DNA from: Candidatus Dormiibacterota bacterium
GTDB lineage: Bacteria; Chloroflexota; Dormibacteria; Aeolococcales; Aeolococcaceae
Assembly (NCBI GenBank): GCA_963718525.1
Contig: OY970355.1
Coordinates: forward strand, 3,104,001 to 3,168,000
Direction: 5' to 3'
DNA length: 64,000 nt
Shown here: in pieces, positions 38,374 to 50,905 of the stretch
How the letters are laid out: the number at the start of each line of letters is the position of its first letter
Numbering within the stretch: position 1 is the stretch's first letter
Notes under the pieces: model-generated
Told to the model about the DNA's origin: nothing
Database searches by the model: none
Seen by the model: only the letters and a program-made list of their open reading frames with translations
Position numbers and translations under genes: made by a program

Positions 38374-38703
38374 ATGGTCAAGACCGTCGACGACGCCAGC
38401 TTCGAGACCGAGGTCCTCACGTCCGGCGGGCCCGTGCTCGTCGAATTCGGCGCCACATGGTGCCCTCCCTGCCGGATGCTCGCTCCAGTTCTTGACGAAC
38501 TAGCTGCCGAGCGGTCCGGCAGCTTGCGCGTGCTCACGGTCGACGTGGATGCCAACCCGGTGACCCAGGGGAAATACGGGGTGATGTCGCTGCCGACCCT
38601 GCTCCTCTTCGTCGAGGGCAAACCCATCCGCCAGATGATCGGCTTCACGTCCAAGGGCAGGCTGCTGGCGTGGGTCGACGAGGTGCTCGCCACCGCCGCC
38701 TGA
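38374..38703 (+). CDS. trxA: Thioredoxin
   Basis: ATWCPPCRML; AGGAGA RBS. Confidence 0.9.
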   Translation: MVKTVDDASFETEVLTSGGPVLVEFGATWCPPCRMLAPVLDELAAERSGSLRVLTVDVDANPVTQGKYGVMSLPTLLLFVEGKPIRQMIGFTSKGRLLAWVDEVLATAA

Positions 38704-38756
38704 CGGGTCTGCCAGCCGCACGACGCGAAGGTCCGGCGCGGCGGTACCGGTAGAGT

Positions 38757-39449
38757 TTGGTGGTGGAGACCACCTCGGGAGGGCCGGACGACAAGGTGGC
38801 CCCCCGACCCCGCGGTCGCCTCGAGCAGGCTGTGGACATCCTCGAGAACGGACCCAACTCTCGGCGCACCCCGCAGGTCATGGGCAACCTGATCCTCACA
38901 TCGCACGCGGGGCTGATCATCCTCTTCGCGCTGGTGCTCCTCTACCTGAGTGGACTCGCGTTCACGCCGCTGCGCCCGGTCCATTTCGCGCTCGGGTTTG
39001 CGTTGATCCCCATCCTCGCGGTGAAGCTTGCGAGCACCTCGTGGCGTGCCATCAGCTACTACCTCCGCCGCGGTGCGTATCGAGCCGCCGGTCCACCCTG
39101 GGTGCTCCCCCGCCTCATCGCCGCGCCGCTCGCGGTCGCCGCCGTGCTGGCAACCGTGAGTGGCGTGGTGCTGTGGAGCCAGGGCACCGACCACGGCGCC
39201 TGGGCGGGCGTCCACACCAACTCCGTGATCGCGCTCGGGGTCATTGTTCTCGTGCACCTGGCGGTCTACCTGCGCAAGGCGCTGAGGGCCTCAGCGAAGA
39301 GCCTCACGGCAACTGCCATCAACCGACCCGAGCGGGTGATCGTCTGGGCACTCCTTGCCGCGCTGGTCGCCGGAGCGATCGCGACCGGTCTCGAGCCCAC
39401 CTGGAATCCGTCGGCCGCAGCAACTCCGCCGCCGGCCACCCAGCCGTAG
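38757..39449 (+). CDS. Membrane protein with intramembrane histidines (cytochrome b-like?)
   Basis: About 5 TM segments with His in PVHFALG, GVHTNS, LVHLAVY. Confidence 0.6.
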   Translation: MVVETTSGGPDDKVAPRPRGRLEQAVDILENGPNSRRTPQVMGNLILTSHAGLIILFALVLLYLSGLAFTPLRPVHFALGFALIPILAVKLASTSWRAISYYLRRGAYRAAGPPWVLPRLIAAPLAVAAVLATVSGVVLWSQGTDHGAWAGVHTNSVIALGVIVLVHLAVYLRKALRASAKSLTATAINRPERVIVWALLAALVAGAIATGLEPTWNPSAAATPPPATQP

Positions 39450-39454
39450 TTCCT

Positions 39455-42400
39455 CTATGGGACTCGTGTGGCCGGTGGAGCGTTGACGACGTCGTCGAAC
39501 ACAGCCCACATGGCCGCATACCTCCCACGCCTGGCGAGCAGGTCGTCATGGGTTCCGACCTCGACCACCTGCCCGCTGTGCAGCACCACCACGCGATCGG
39601 CAGCTTTCGCGGTCTGCAGCCGGTGAGCGATCACGACTGTGGTGCGACCCTCCGACACCTCGTGCATTGCTGCAGCGACGCGCGCCTCGGTCGCGAGGTC
39701 GAGGTTAGACGTCGCCTCGTCGAGCAACAGCAATACCGGATCAACCAGCTCGGCGCGGGCCAGAGCGATGAGCTGGCGCTGGCCCGACGAGAGCGAGCGG
39801 CCCCGCTCGGTCAGCTCGTGGTGATACCCACCCGCAAGCCGCGCGATGAACTCATGCGCGCCGACGGCTCGGGCCGCGGCCTCCACATGCGCGTCACTCG
39901 CCTCCGGGCGCCCATACGCGATGTTGTCCCGGATCGTGCCCGAGAACAGGAACGCCTCCTGCGGCACGTACCCGAGTTGGAGACGGAACTCATGCAGGTC
40001 GAGGGCGCGGAGGTCGTGACCATCGACGGTGACGCTCCCTTCATCGGGATCGTAGAAGCGAGCGAGAAGCTTCATCACAGTTGATTTGCCTGCGCCCGTC
40101 TCGCCGACGAGTGCGACAGTCTCCCCCGCCTCGATGCGCAGGTCGATGCCACGCAATGCCTCAGGCGGCTTGCGCCATGCGGCGTCTCGCGACTGCAGCA
40201 GCCGCGGATCCTGGGGTCCCCGCCGGTCGACTGGGCGGGCTCCGTCGAACCCGGGCCGGATGACCGGGACGGGGTAGGAGAACCGAACGTGATTGAGGTT
40301 GAGGTCGCCGTGGAGGCGACCCGTGTGCTCGGGGAGCGCCGGGCTGGGCGTGAGCGTCTCGAGCTGCATCAGCTCGGCGATGCGGCTCACCGAGACGCGT
40401 GTCTGCTGCCATGCATCGAAGACCTGTGAGAGCTGCTGTATCGGCGAGAAGAACAGATCGATGTACAGAAGGAACGCGATCAGCGCGCCTGGGGTGAGAT
40501 TCCCCGTCTGGATCAGGCGCGCGCCGACGCCGAGCACGATCGCGTCCGCGACAGCAGCCATGAACTGGACGAATGGGAAGTACGTCGCCACCAGTCGCTG
40601 AGCCGCGACACGAGTCTCGAGGTACGAGCGCCCGAGACGATGAAATTGGTGCATCGCGGCGCCTTCATGAACGAACGCCTGCAACTCGCGAACACCCGAC
40701 AGGCTCTCCTGGAAATCGGCGTTGACGATTGCGATGCGCTCGCGAGAAATGCTGTACAGGCGGGCCGCTTTCTGCCGGAAGATGACCGTCGCAATCGCGA
40801 GTGGGATCACCACCGAGAGCGTCGACAGTCCGAGCTCGGTATTGATGAGCACCAGCGCCACGCCGACGCCGACGAAGGTGACGATCGAGACCAGTGCGGA
40901 GAGCAGGCCGTTCTCGATCAGCGATTCGAACTGGTCGACGTCGGTCGTCATCCGGGTCATGATCCGGCCCGCCATCTCGCGCTCGTAGTAGTCGAGCGAC
41001 AGGCGTTGCAGCTGAGCCCAGATGCGGATCCGGAGGGACAGCATGATTCGCTGCGCGGTTCGCCCCGTGACGAACGTCTCGCCGATCTCGTCGATGAGGT
41101 CGACGAGCGTGACCAGCAGGAACACGCCGGCAGCGGCGAAGAGGACGACGGCCGACCCCCGCGAGACACCGTTGTCGAGTCCCGTCTTCACCAGGATGGG
41201 GCCTGCAAGGGTCATCAACCCGTCGATGATCACCAGCACGAGTCCGAGCAGCAGCGGGCGGCGGAATTCGCGCAGGAGCCGGAGAAGGCTGAAGCGCTTG
41301 TCCGGCCTCGATTCGCGCTCGAGGTCGACGACGGCGACGTCGCGAACCGGAGGCAGCCGCGCAACCCGCTCGAGCAACTCTGGGGTCGGAGCCAGGTTGA
41401 GCCGCCATCCCGACCCTCCCCCGCCGAGGCCGGGACCGAGGCTCGGTGCGCCAACTGTGCGGTTGGCAGTACGGCTGCCGGAACGCTGCCCGTCACCGGC
41501 CCACGCTGCCGCCGTGGTCCCGTCGGCGCCCACCCTCGACGCCAGCGTGGCGAGGGCTTCGATGAAGTCGCCGATCGCCGCACGATCCTGCTCCTCGAGT
41601 TCCTGACACGAGGGTCCGGTAGAGCCCGCTGCGGGCCATGAGCTGGTCATGGGTGCCCTGGTCCGCCACCAGGCCGGCGTCGAGCACCACGATCCTGTCG
41701 GCGAGATGCAAGGTTGACTGGCGGTGGGCGATCAGCAGCGTGGTGCGATCCGCCAGCACGTCGCGAAGACCGTGGTGTACGGCTGCCTCGATGCGCGCGT
41801 CGATCGCGCTCGTGGCGTCGTCGAGAATGAGGATGCGCGGGTTGTAGAGGATCGCACGCGCGAGCGCGATCCTCTGCCGCTGACCTCCTGAGAGCGTCAG
41901 CCCACGCTCACCGATGGCGGTGTCGTACCCGCGCGGGAGCTCGTTGATGAAGTCGTGTGCCTGGGCGACACGAGCCGCCGCCTCGACCTCGTCGTCAGTG
42001 GCGTCCGGACGGCCGTACGCGATGTTCGCCCGAACCAAGTCCGAGAAGAGAAAGCTGTCCTCGAAGACGACGCCGAGCTGCTGACGCAGCGATCCCAGCT
42101 TCACATGGCGCACGTCGTGGCCGTCAACGAACACGGTCCCCTCGGTTGGGTCGTAGAAGCGCGGCACGAGCATCGCCAGCGTCGACTTGCCACTCCCGCT
42201 CGGACCCACGATGGCAACGCGCTCACCTGGCGCAATGTGCAGATCGATCCCCCGGAGGACCGGGTCACCGTCACCGTAGCGGAAGTGGACATTTGAGAAC
42301 CGGATGTCCCCGCGGAGTTCGGGGAGGTCGACGGCATCGGCTGCGTCGGCGATGGCTGGCGGCAGATCGAGGAGCTGGAAGATGCGTTCGATCCCAGCCC

Positions 42401-43322
42401 GAGCCTGCTGGCCGATGGTCAGGACTCCCGCCAGCTGCCGCGCTGGTGCCATGAGCTGGGTCAGGTAGGTCGAGAACGCCAGGAACGTCCCCAGGGTGAT
42501 CTGGTGGTGCAGGGCCAGCCACCCGCCGAGCGCAAGGATGGCCACCTGCGCGAGCAGCGGGATCAACTCCAGCAGCGGCTGGTACCGCGACTGAAGGCGC
42601 ACCGCGCGCATCTGCGACCCGTAGACGCGCTTGGCCGCTGCAGCGACGCGTTCGACCTCGCGCTGCTCCTGGCCGAACGCCTTGACGACGCGCACCCCGT
42701 TCAGATCCTCATCGACAATCTGGACGAGGTCGCCCTCGCGCTGTTGCCCGTCCCACGTCGCCGGGAAGATCCGCCAGCGCATCCGGTAGGAGACGATCAG
42801 CAGGCTCGGCGCCACCACGAAGCTCACGAGCGCCAGCAGCGGCGACAGGTAGAGCATGACTCCGAGCGAGAGCAGGAGCAGCAGGATGTTGCTGCTCATG
42901 ATCGGGAAGAAGCTCAGGAGGCCCTGCACCAGCGTGGAGTCGGAGTTCGCGCGCGCGACCAGCTGGCCGGTCGGCATCCGGCCAAGGTTGTCGAAGTCCA
43001 GCGCCTGGAGGTGGTCGTGCATGTCGTTGCGCAGGTCGAACTGGACCTCGAGCGCCACGCGGCCGCCACGATAGCGGCGGACGTAGGCGAAGACCAGGCT
43101 CGCGGCTGCGAGCGCGACCAGCAGGAGAAGCCAGGGCCACAGCGCCGACGTCCTGGTGAGAATGACGCCGTCGACGATCTGACGGGCCACCAGCGGCACC
43201 GCCGTCTGGCAGACGCTGCCAAGCACCGCGGCTCCCACCGACAGCACGACATCACGTCGGTGCCGGAGCATGTAGCCCCAGAGACGCCGGACCCAACCGG
43301 GCTTGGCGGGAGCGTCGCTCAA
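39455..43322 (-). CDS. Tandem TMD-NBD-TMD-NBD multidrug ABC transporter (Rv0194-like), split by a frameshift near 41600
   Basis: Two ABC halves (GPSGSGKST/LSGGQRQR; GETGAGKST/LSSGQRQ); removing one A gives ...YRTLVSGLEEQDR... Confidence 0.85.
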
Positions 43323-43405
43323 CCGCGTTCGTTGGTCGTTCGTTGATCCTCAGCCAGACGGACGGACGCGGTCAGCGTAGCGCAAGTCGCCTCAGCTGCC
43401 GCTCG

Positions 43406-43648
43406 TCACCCAGCTGCCGCCGACATCGACGGGGTGACTCGACGCCGGATGGCCGCGAGGATGCGGAGTGCGAGCTCAGGGCTGTCCGTCACGGTCAATC
43501 GGTACATGCCGGTCTCGTTGGTGCGCGGCTCGATCCTGATCACACGGAGGCCGGCATCCTGCAGCGCCGCCAGCATTCGGGGCACGCCGCCCTGACGGTG
43601 CGGCGTTGTCTCCATGATGTCACTGTCCCTGACGTCGATCGCGAGCAT
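43406..43648 (-). CDS. Small ACT-like domain protein
   Basis: PHRQGGVPRMLAALQDAGLRV...YRLTV pattern. Confidence 0.5.
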   Translation of the reverse strand: MLAIDVRDSDIMETTPHRQGGVPRMLAALQDAGLRVIRIEPRTNETGMYRLTVTDSPELALRILAAIRRRVTPSMSAAAG

Positions 43649-43740
43649 TGCTCATTCCCCTATCGCGGTTGGATCACGGTCGCATCATGGCGGTCACTTC
43701 CTGTCGACTTCGTGAGCAACCTGCTGCAGAGGGATTCCAG

Positions 43741-44091
43741 ATGTACGTCGGATCAGTGGTGATCGATTGCAACGACTACGCCTCCATGTATGCCTTCTGG
43801 ACGGCAGCGCTGGGCTACGTCCCTCGCGATCCACCCGACGACGGATGGGCGGTGCTGTGCGATCCGGGGGGAAGGCGCGTCAACGTCTCACTCCAGCGAG
43901 TTCCGGAGCCGCGGGTCGGCAAGAACCGGCTCCACCTCGACCTGTACACCGACGATCCGGTGGGTGCGGTGAGGCGCCTGCTCGGCCTGGGGGCGACGCG
44001 CCATCCAAGAACACCGGAGCCGGGGGAGGACTTCGTGACGCTGCTGGATCCCGAGGGCAACGTCTTTGACGTGATCGACAAGTCCGGCTGA
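43741..44091 (+). CDS. VOC/glyoxalase-like protein
   Basis: VVIDC, FWTAALG, KNRLHLDL, DPEGNVF. Confidence 0.9.
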   Translation: MYVGSVVIDCNDYASMYAFWTAALGYVPRDPPDDGWAVLCDPGGRRVNVSLQRVPEPRVGKNRLHLDLYTDDPVGAVRRLLGLGATRHPRTPEPGEDFVTLLDPEGNVFDVIDKSG

Positions 44092-44200
44092 AGGCGGGGG
44101 AACAGAACTTCCAACCTCGCGTGTGCGTTCAATGAAGGACGGCCCGGCGTCCCGGGGCCACGGGCAGCCGGGATTGGATGGGTATGCGTGCGGTGATCAT

Positions 44201-44914
44201 GTGGTGAGGCATGGCAAAGTCAGCGCCGGGTGTTCGGCGATCGCTCTGGCGGTTGCGCTCGCGTCCTGCAGCAGCGCACCAGCGCCCCCACCTCCGACGA
44301 GTTCAGCCCACAACACACCGTCCGCCGCGCCCCCGTCGATCGCTCCGACTGCGACGCCGAGCGCGGCGCCGACCCCAACATCCATCGCTCCACCGGTTGC
44401 GGCCGTCGTCACCTCCAACGAGCCGACGTGCGCGGGCGCCCAGCTGCAGATTGCTTATTGGCCGGGGCTCAGCGGCGGGGGCGCCGGCACCATCGGGATT
44501 TCGCTCGCGATCTGGAATCACGGCAAGCGCCCGTGCAAGCTCAAAGGCTGGGCGACACTGCAATTCCTGAACAGCGCAGGCGGACTCGTCCCCACCCACT
44601 GGGTGGAAACGACTTCGATCTTCACCGGAAGTTCCGACGTCCTGCCGATCGCTGTCAGCCTGGTCACCTGCACGCAGCCCAATTGCACGAACGCGGCTCC
44701 CGCCGCATACATCAGCTTCGACGGTGATGACGTCTTCAGCCCGTGCGAGACGGCCGACGGAATCCGCGTGAATACTCCGGGGTCGTCGACGCCCGTATTC
44801 GTGAATTTGCGCAGTGGGAACTGGCCCCATGGGCAGACGTTCTGTTCAGCCGGAAAGATATTCGTTCTGCCGGTTCAGTCCCCGGTCGAGGCACTCGGCC
44901 CCACGCTTTCCTGA
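44201..44914 (+). CDS. Lipoprotein with DUF4232-like domain
   Basis: Lipobox ALASC, Pro/Thr linker, C...GAGT...N....C.L.GW. Confidence 0.7.
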   Translation: MVRHGKVSAGCSAIALAVALASCSSAPAPPPPTSSAHNTPSAAPPSIAPTATPSAAPTPTSIAPPVAAVVTSNEPTCAGAQLQIAYWPGLSGGGAGTIGISLAIWNHGKRPCKLKGWATLQFLNSAGGLVPTHWVETTSIFTGSSDVLPIAVSLVTCTQPNCTNAAPAAYISFDGDDVFSPCETADGIRVNTPGSSTPVFVNLRSGNWPHGQTFCSAGKIFVLPVQSPVEALGPTLS

Positions 44915-44960
44915 TCCTGCGGTTCGGCTGGCTGGCCCTGCCCGTGGGAAACTCCGCACA

Positions 44961-44977
44961 TGATAGTCTTACTATCA
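44961..44977. promoter_or_regulatory. Perfect island motif TGATAG-N5-CTATCA
   Basis: TGATAGTcttACTATCA upstream of the 45012 gene. Confidence 0.7.
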
Positions 44978-45011
44978 GATATAGGCCTAGCCTGATACGG
45001 AGGTCAGTACG

Positions 45012-45569
45012 ATGGCAGATTCGGACGAGGGCAGCCGCGAGCGGCGCGTCGCTTCCGGTTTTCCTGATCCTGACAAGGTCCCTGGCCCGACCGAGCGGCT
45101 GCGTGAGTTGCACGGCAACACCGCCACAGAGCCGCAGCCCCCGAGGTACGGGCGCGCGTCCGCTGCCACTGCGGCAACTGACGACTACGTTTCGATCGAC
45201 GATATGCTCGGCGGATCCGGAGGCTCCCCAGGAGGCGCCGCTGACCGGTTCGCCGCGTTCGCACGCCGAGTGGGCGACGAGGCCGCCGAACGTGTCAAGG
45301 ATGAGCTGGACCGGCGCGGCGTCGCCGGGAAGGCGAAGGCGGCGGAACTCGGCATCGGCCAGATGGGCATCGTGGGTGTTCTTGGACTGGCCGCAGTCGG
45401 CGCCACCGCCACCGCGATGGTCGCCGGGATGAGCCGGGTGATGCCATTGTGGGCATCGGCCCTCGTGACGGCCGGGGTATTCGGCATTCCCGCCGGGATC
45501 CTGACAGCCGATGGGCTCGGTCGCGTCAGCGCGAATGTCCGCGCGATGGGAACGCCGGCGACCTCCTGA
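45012..45569 (+). CDS. Phage-holin-like (YhjD/YqjE-type) membrane protein
   Basis: GGAGG RBS; VKDEL...two TM segments with MPLWASAL. Confidence 0.6.
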   Translation: MADSDEGSRERRVASGFPDPDKVPGPTERLRELHGNTATEPQPPRYGRASAATAATDDYVSIDDMLGGSGGSPGGAADRFAAFARRVGDEAAERVKDELDRRGVAGKAKAAELGIGQMGIVGVLGLAAVGATATAMVAGMSRVMPLWASALVTAGVFGIPAGILTADGLGRVSANVRAMGTPATS

Positions 45570-45590
45570 TCCCCAGCGACGCCACGCGGG

Positions 45591-46532
45591 CTACTCGCTG
45601 CCGAGTGGAGTCAGCAGCAACTCGCGCCAGTCGGGGGTGTGCAGGAACGCTCGGAATGCGGTAGCGGCCGGGCTCAGAAGCCGGTCGTGAGCCCACGTCA
45701 CGTGCCACATCCGTTCCACCGGGAAACCCTGCACGTGTAGCGGCCGCAGCAACCCGAGTTGGAGTTCGAGCCGGACCGCGTAGGTGGAGAGGACGGTCAC
45801 GCCGAGTCCCCCCGCGACCGCGCGTTTCAACGCACCGTTGCTGGCCATCTCCATGGCGGCGATCGGTTCAGCACCCGCGTCCCGCAGGATCCGTTCCGCC
45901 GAATCACGAGTGCCGGAGCCGCGTTCGCGGAGGAGCAGCGGACCATCGAGGAGATCGCCCGGCTGGAGCGCTTCGCGCTCGGCGAGTGGATGACCGGGCG
46001 CACAGAAGCACATCAGTGAGTTCTCGAGGAAGGGCTCCGCCGCCAGCACATCGTCCTCCCAGAGCGTGCCGACGACTCCGATGTCGACGATGCCCTCGAG
46101 GAGCCGTTCGCGTACTTGAGCACGATTGACGACGTCGAGGCTGAGGGCGACGCCGGGATGGTCACGATGAAACGCAGCCACCGCGTCGGGGAGCACGTAG
46201 ATGCCCACGGTGGTGTCGCCGGCAACCCTGACGCGGCCGGCGCGCAGTCCGGCGACGTCCTCGATCGCCTCCTGCGCATCGCCGACCATCGCCAGGATCC
46301 GGCCGGCGCGCTCATGAAGCGCCTGACCGACCGCGGTGAGCACGGGTGCGCGACTCCCGGGGTCGAGCAGAGGCTGGCCCACTGCCCGGGCGAGCGCCTG
46401 CATCTGATGGGTCACCGCCGGCTGAGTCAGGGACAGTACCTCGGCAGCACGCGTGAAACTGCGGTGCTCGATCACGGTGATGAAGATCCGGAGCTGGCGG
46501 AGCGTGATGCCGCGTTCGAGGCTGGTTTCCAT
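45591..46532 (-). CDS. cbbR: LysR-type regulator CbbR
   Basis: TLRQLRIF...SFTRAAEVLSLTQPAV, RERGSGTR; divergent from prk-cbbLSX. Confidence 0.9.
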   Translation of the reverse strand: METSLERGITLRQLRIFITVIEHRSFTRAAEVLSLTQPAVTHQMQALARAVGQPLLDPGSRAPVLTAVGQALHERAGRILAMVGDAQEAIEDVAGLRAGRVRVAGDTTVGIYVLPDAVAAFHRDHPGVALSLDVVNRAQVRERLLEGIVDIGVVGTLWEDDVLAAEPFLENSLMCFCAPGHPLAEREALQPGDLLDGPLLLRERGSGTRDSAERILRDAGAEPIAAMEMASNGALKRAVAGGLGVTVLSTYAVRLELQLGLLRPLHVQGFPVERMWHVTWAHDRLLSPAATAFRAFLHTPDWRELLLTPLGSE

Positions 46533-46566
46533 TAGCCAATCTTATTGAAGGAATAACAAACATGCA
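46532..46566. promoter_or_regulatory. Probable CbbR (LysR T-N11-A) binding region
   Basis: AT-rich TTATTgaaggAATAA 46542-46556 in the divergent gap. Confidence 0.55.
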
Positions 46567-46641
46567 TTGGACTGCAGGAGACGCACGATCTATGGTCACG
46601 TGCATGGTTCGTCCGATCCAGTCAATCCACCAGCCAGGGCC

Positions 46642-49136
<2,495 letters not shown>

Positions 49137-49148
49137 AGGAAGAGATAC

Positions 49149-49571
49149 ATGCACATCACGCAGGGGACGTTTTCCTACCTGCCGCCGCTCACCAACTCGC
49201 AGCTGAGAGCCCAGGTGCAGTACGCCCTGGACAACGGCTGGGCAATGTCGGTTGAGTTCACCGATGATCCCCACCCCCGCAACTTCCTCTGGGAGATGTG
49301 GGGCCTGCCGATGTTCGACATTCGCGACCCGGCCGCGATCCTGCTCGAGGTGCAGCGCTGTCGGGACGCGTACCCAGCGCGCTACATTCGAGTCAACGCG
49401 TATGACCGGAGGCTCGGCCGTCAGACGACGGCACTGAGCTTCATCGTGCAGCGCCCCAAGGATGAGAAGGGCTTCCGCCTGGAACGCCAGGAGGGACCTG
49501 ATCGCCAGGTTCGCTACACGCTGCACCCGTATGCGCTGGAACGGCCCCCGGGAGAGCGCTACGAGCGCTGA
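49149..49571 (+). CDS. cbbS: RuBisCO small subunit (red-type)
   Basis: [25 protein letters not shown]-terminal beta-hairpin extension. Confidence 0.97.
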   Translation: MHITQGTFSYLPPLTNSQLRAQVQYALDNGWAMSVEFTDDPHPRNFLWEMWGLPMFDIRDPAAILLEVQRCRDAYPARYIRVNAYDRRLGRQTTALSFIVQRPKDEKGFRLERQEGPDRQVRYTLHPYALERPPGERYER

Positions 49572-49574
49572 GCG

Positions 49575-50609
49575 ATGAGCCAGGACAGTCACGTCGCCTT
49601 CGGGATGCCGCGTCCGCACGGACACGAGGTCGCGCTCGCGCCTGCGGCGGCTGCGAAGAACGGAACGTTCGAACCAGAGACGGTCGAACAACAGCTCGCC
49701 CCCGGAGAGAGCATCAACGTCGCGGCCGAGGCTCGCGCGTCGGGCGTGTTCGACGTCATCGAAGGCCTCGACCGCGAACTTGTCGGGCTCGATCCCGTCA
49801 AGACCCGTATTCGCGAGGTCGCCGCGCTCCTCGTCGTCGACAAGGCACGACGCCGCTTCGGGCTCGAGGCGGAACGCCCGAACCTGCACATGTGCTTTAC
49901 CGGCAGCCCCGGCACCGGTAAGACGACGGTGGCCATGCGTATGGCGACTGTGCTCCACCGGCTCGGCTACCTCGCCAAGGGGCACCTGGTCGCAGTGACT
50001 CGTGACGAACTCGTCGGTCAGTACATCGGTCACACCGCACCGAAGACCCGCGAGGTGTTGAAGCGCGCGATGGGCGGCGTGCTCTTCATCGATGAGGCGT
50101 ACTACCTGCACCGTCAGGAGAACGAGCGCGATTACGGCCAGGAGGCGATCGAGATCCTGTTGCAGGTCATGGAGAACCAGCGCAACGACATCGTGGTGAT
50201 CCTCGCCGGCTACAAGGATCGCATGGATCAGTTCTTCAGCAGCAATCCCGGGATGGGATCACGCATCGCTCACCATATCGACTTCCCCGACTACAGCCTG
50301 GATGAGCTGGTCGCAATTGCCGGGATCATGCTCGAGAAGCAGCGCTACGCGTTCTCGAGCGGCGCGAAGCCGGCCTTCCGCGAGTTGATGGCACGGCGCA
50401 TGCCCCAGCCGCGCTTCGCAAATGCCCGAAGCGTTCGCAATGCCCTGGAACGAGCGCGGCTCAGGCAGGCCAACCGGCTGGTCTCGGACGGGAAGCTCGT
50501 GACCCACGACGATCTGATGCGCATCGAGGCCGAGGACATCTATAAGAGCCGCTGGTTCACCGAGGCGCCCTCGGCGGAGATGCCCGACGCGAGCCCCGTT
50601 CCGGCCTAG
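49575..50609 (+). CDS. cbbX: RuBisCO activase CbbX
   Basis: [42 protein letters not shown]. Confidence 0.96.
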   Translation: MSQDSHVAFGMPRPHGHEVALAPAAAAKNGTFEPETVEQQLAPGESINVAAEARASGVFDVIEGLDRELVGLDPVKTRIREVAALLVVDKARRRFGLEAERPNLHMCFTGSPGTGKTTVAMRMATVLHRLGYLAKGHLVAVTRDELVGQYIGHTAPKTREVLKRAMGGVLFIDEAYYLHRQENERDYGQEAIEILLQVMENQRNDIVVILAGYKDRMDQFFSSNPGMGSRIAHHIDFPDYSLDELVAIAGIMLEKQRYAFSSGAKPAFRELMARRMPQPRFANARSVRNALERARLRQANRLVSDGKLVTHDDLMRIEAEDIYKSRWFTEAPSAEMPDASPVPA

Positions 50610-50821
50610 AAGATGACGTTGCGCTTGATCGACGGGTCGACGATGCCTGTGGTCATCCGCTCGCACCACTGGCACATGAATCGAAGGGTTCGCATCCCCG
50701 TCTGAATCCGGCAGGCGTTGGGCCAGCCACATCGACCGCACGCGACAGACTGGATGCGCACGCCCGCTTCCTGCGGGTCAGCGCCCTCGTGGTTCTGCTC
50801 TCTCCGGGCGTCGGGGTCCAT
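50606..50821 (-). CDS. Small Zn-ribbon protein at the distal end of the hyp operon
   Basis: CGRC...CQWC, 71 aa. Confidence 0.6.
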   Translation of the reverse strand: MDPDARREQNHEGADPQEAGVRIQSVACGRCGWPNACRIQTGMRTLRFMCQWCERMTTGIVDPSIKRNVIF

Positions 50822-50905
50822 GTGCGATCACGGCTCGTGTGGGGTTGTCCGCATCGAGAGCGTACGCCACCTCAGCCCGTACGTCAGTTCGCTTGCGGAC
50901 TGTCG

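Noticed and set aside
39455-43322. Two-gene heterodimeric ABC transporter or programmed frameshift
   Set aside because: A one-base deletion yields a single tandem transporter; no slippery heptamer was seen.
45012-45569. Holin as a sign of a prophage
   Set aside because: No phage, integrase or lysin genes nearby; this family is commonly chromosomal.
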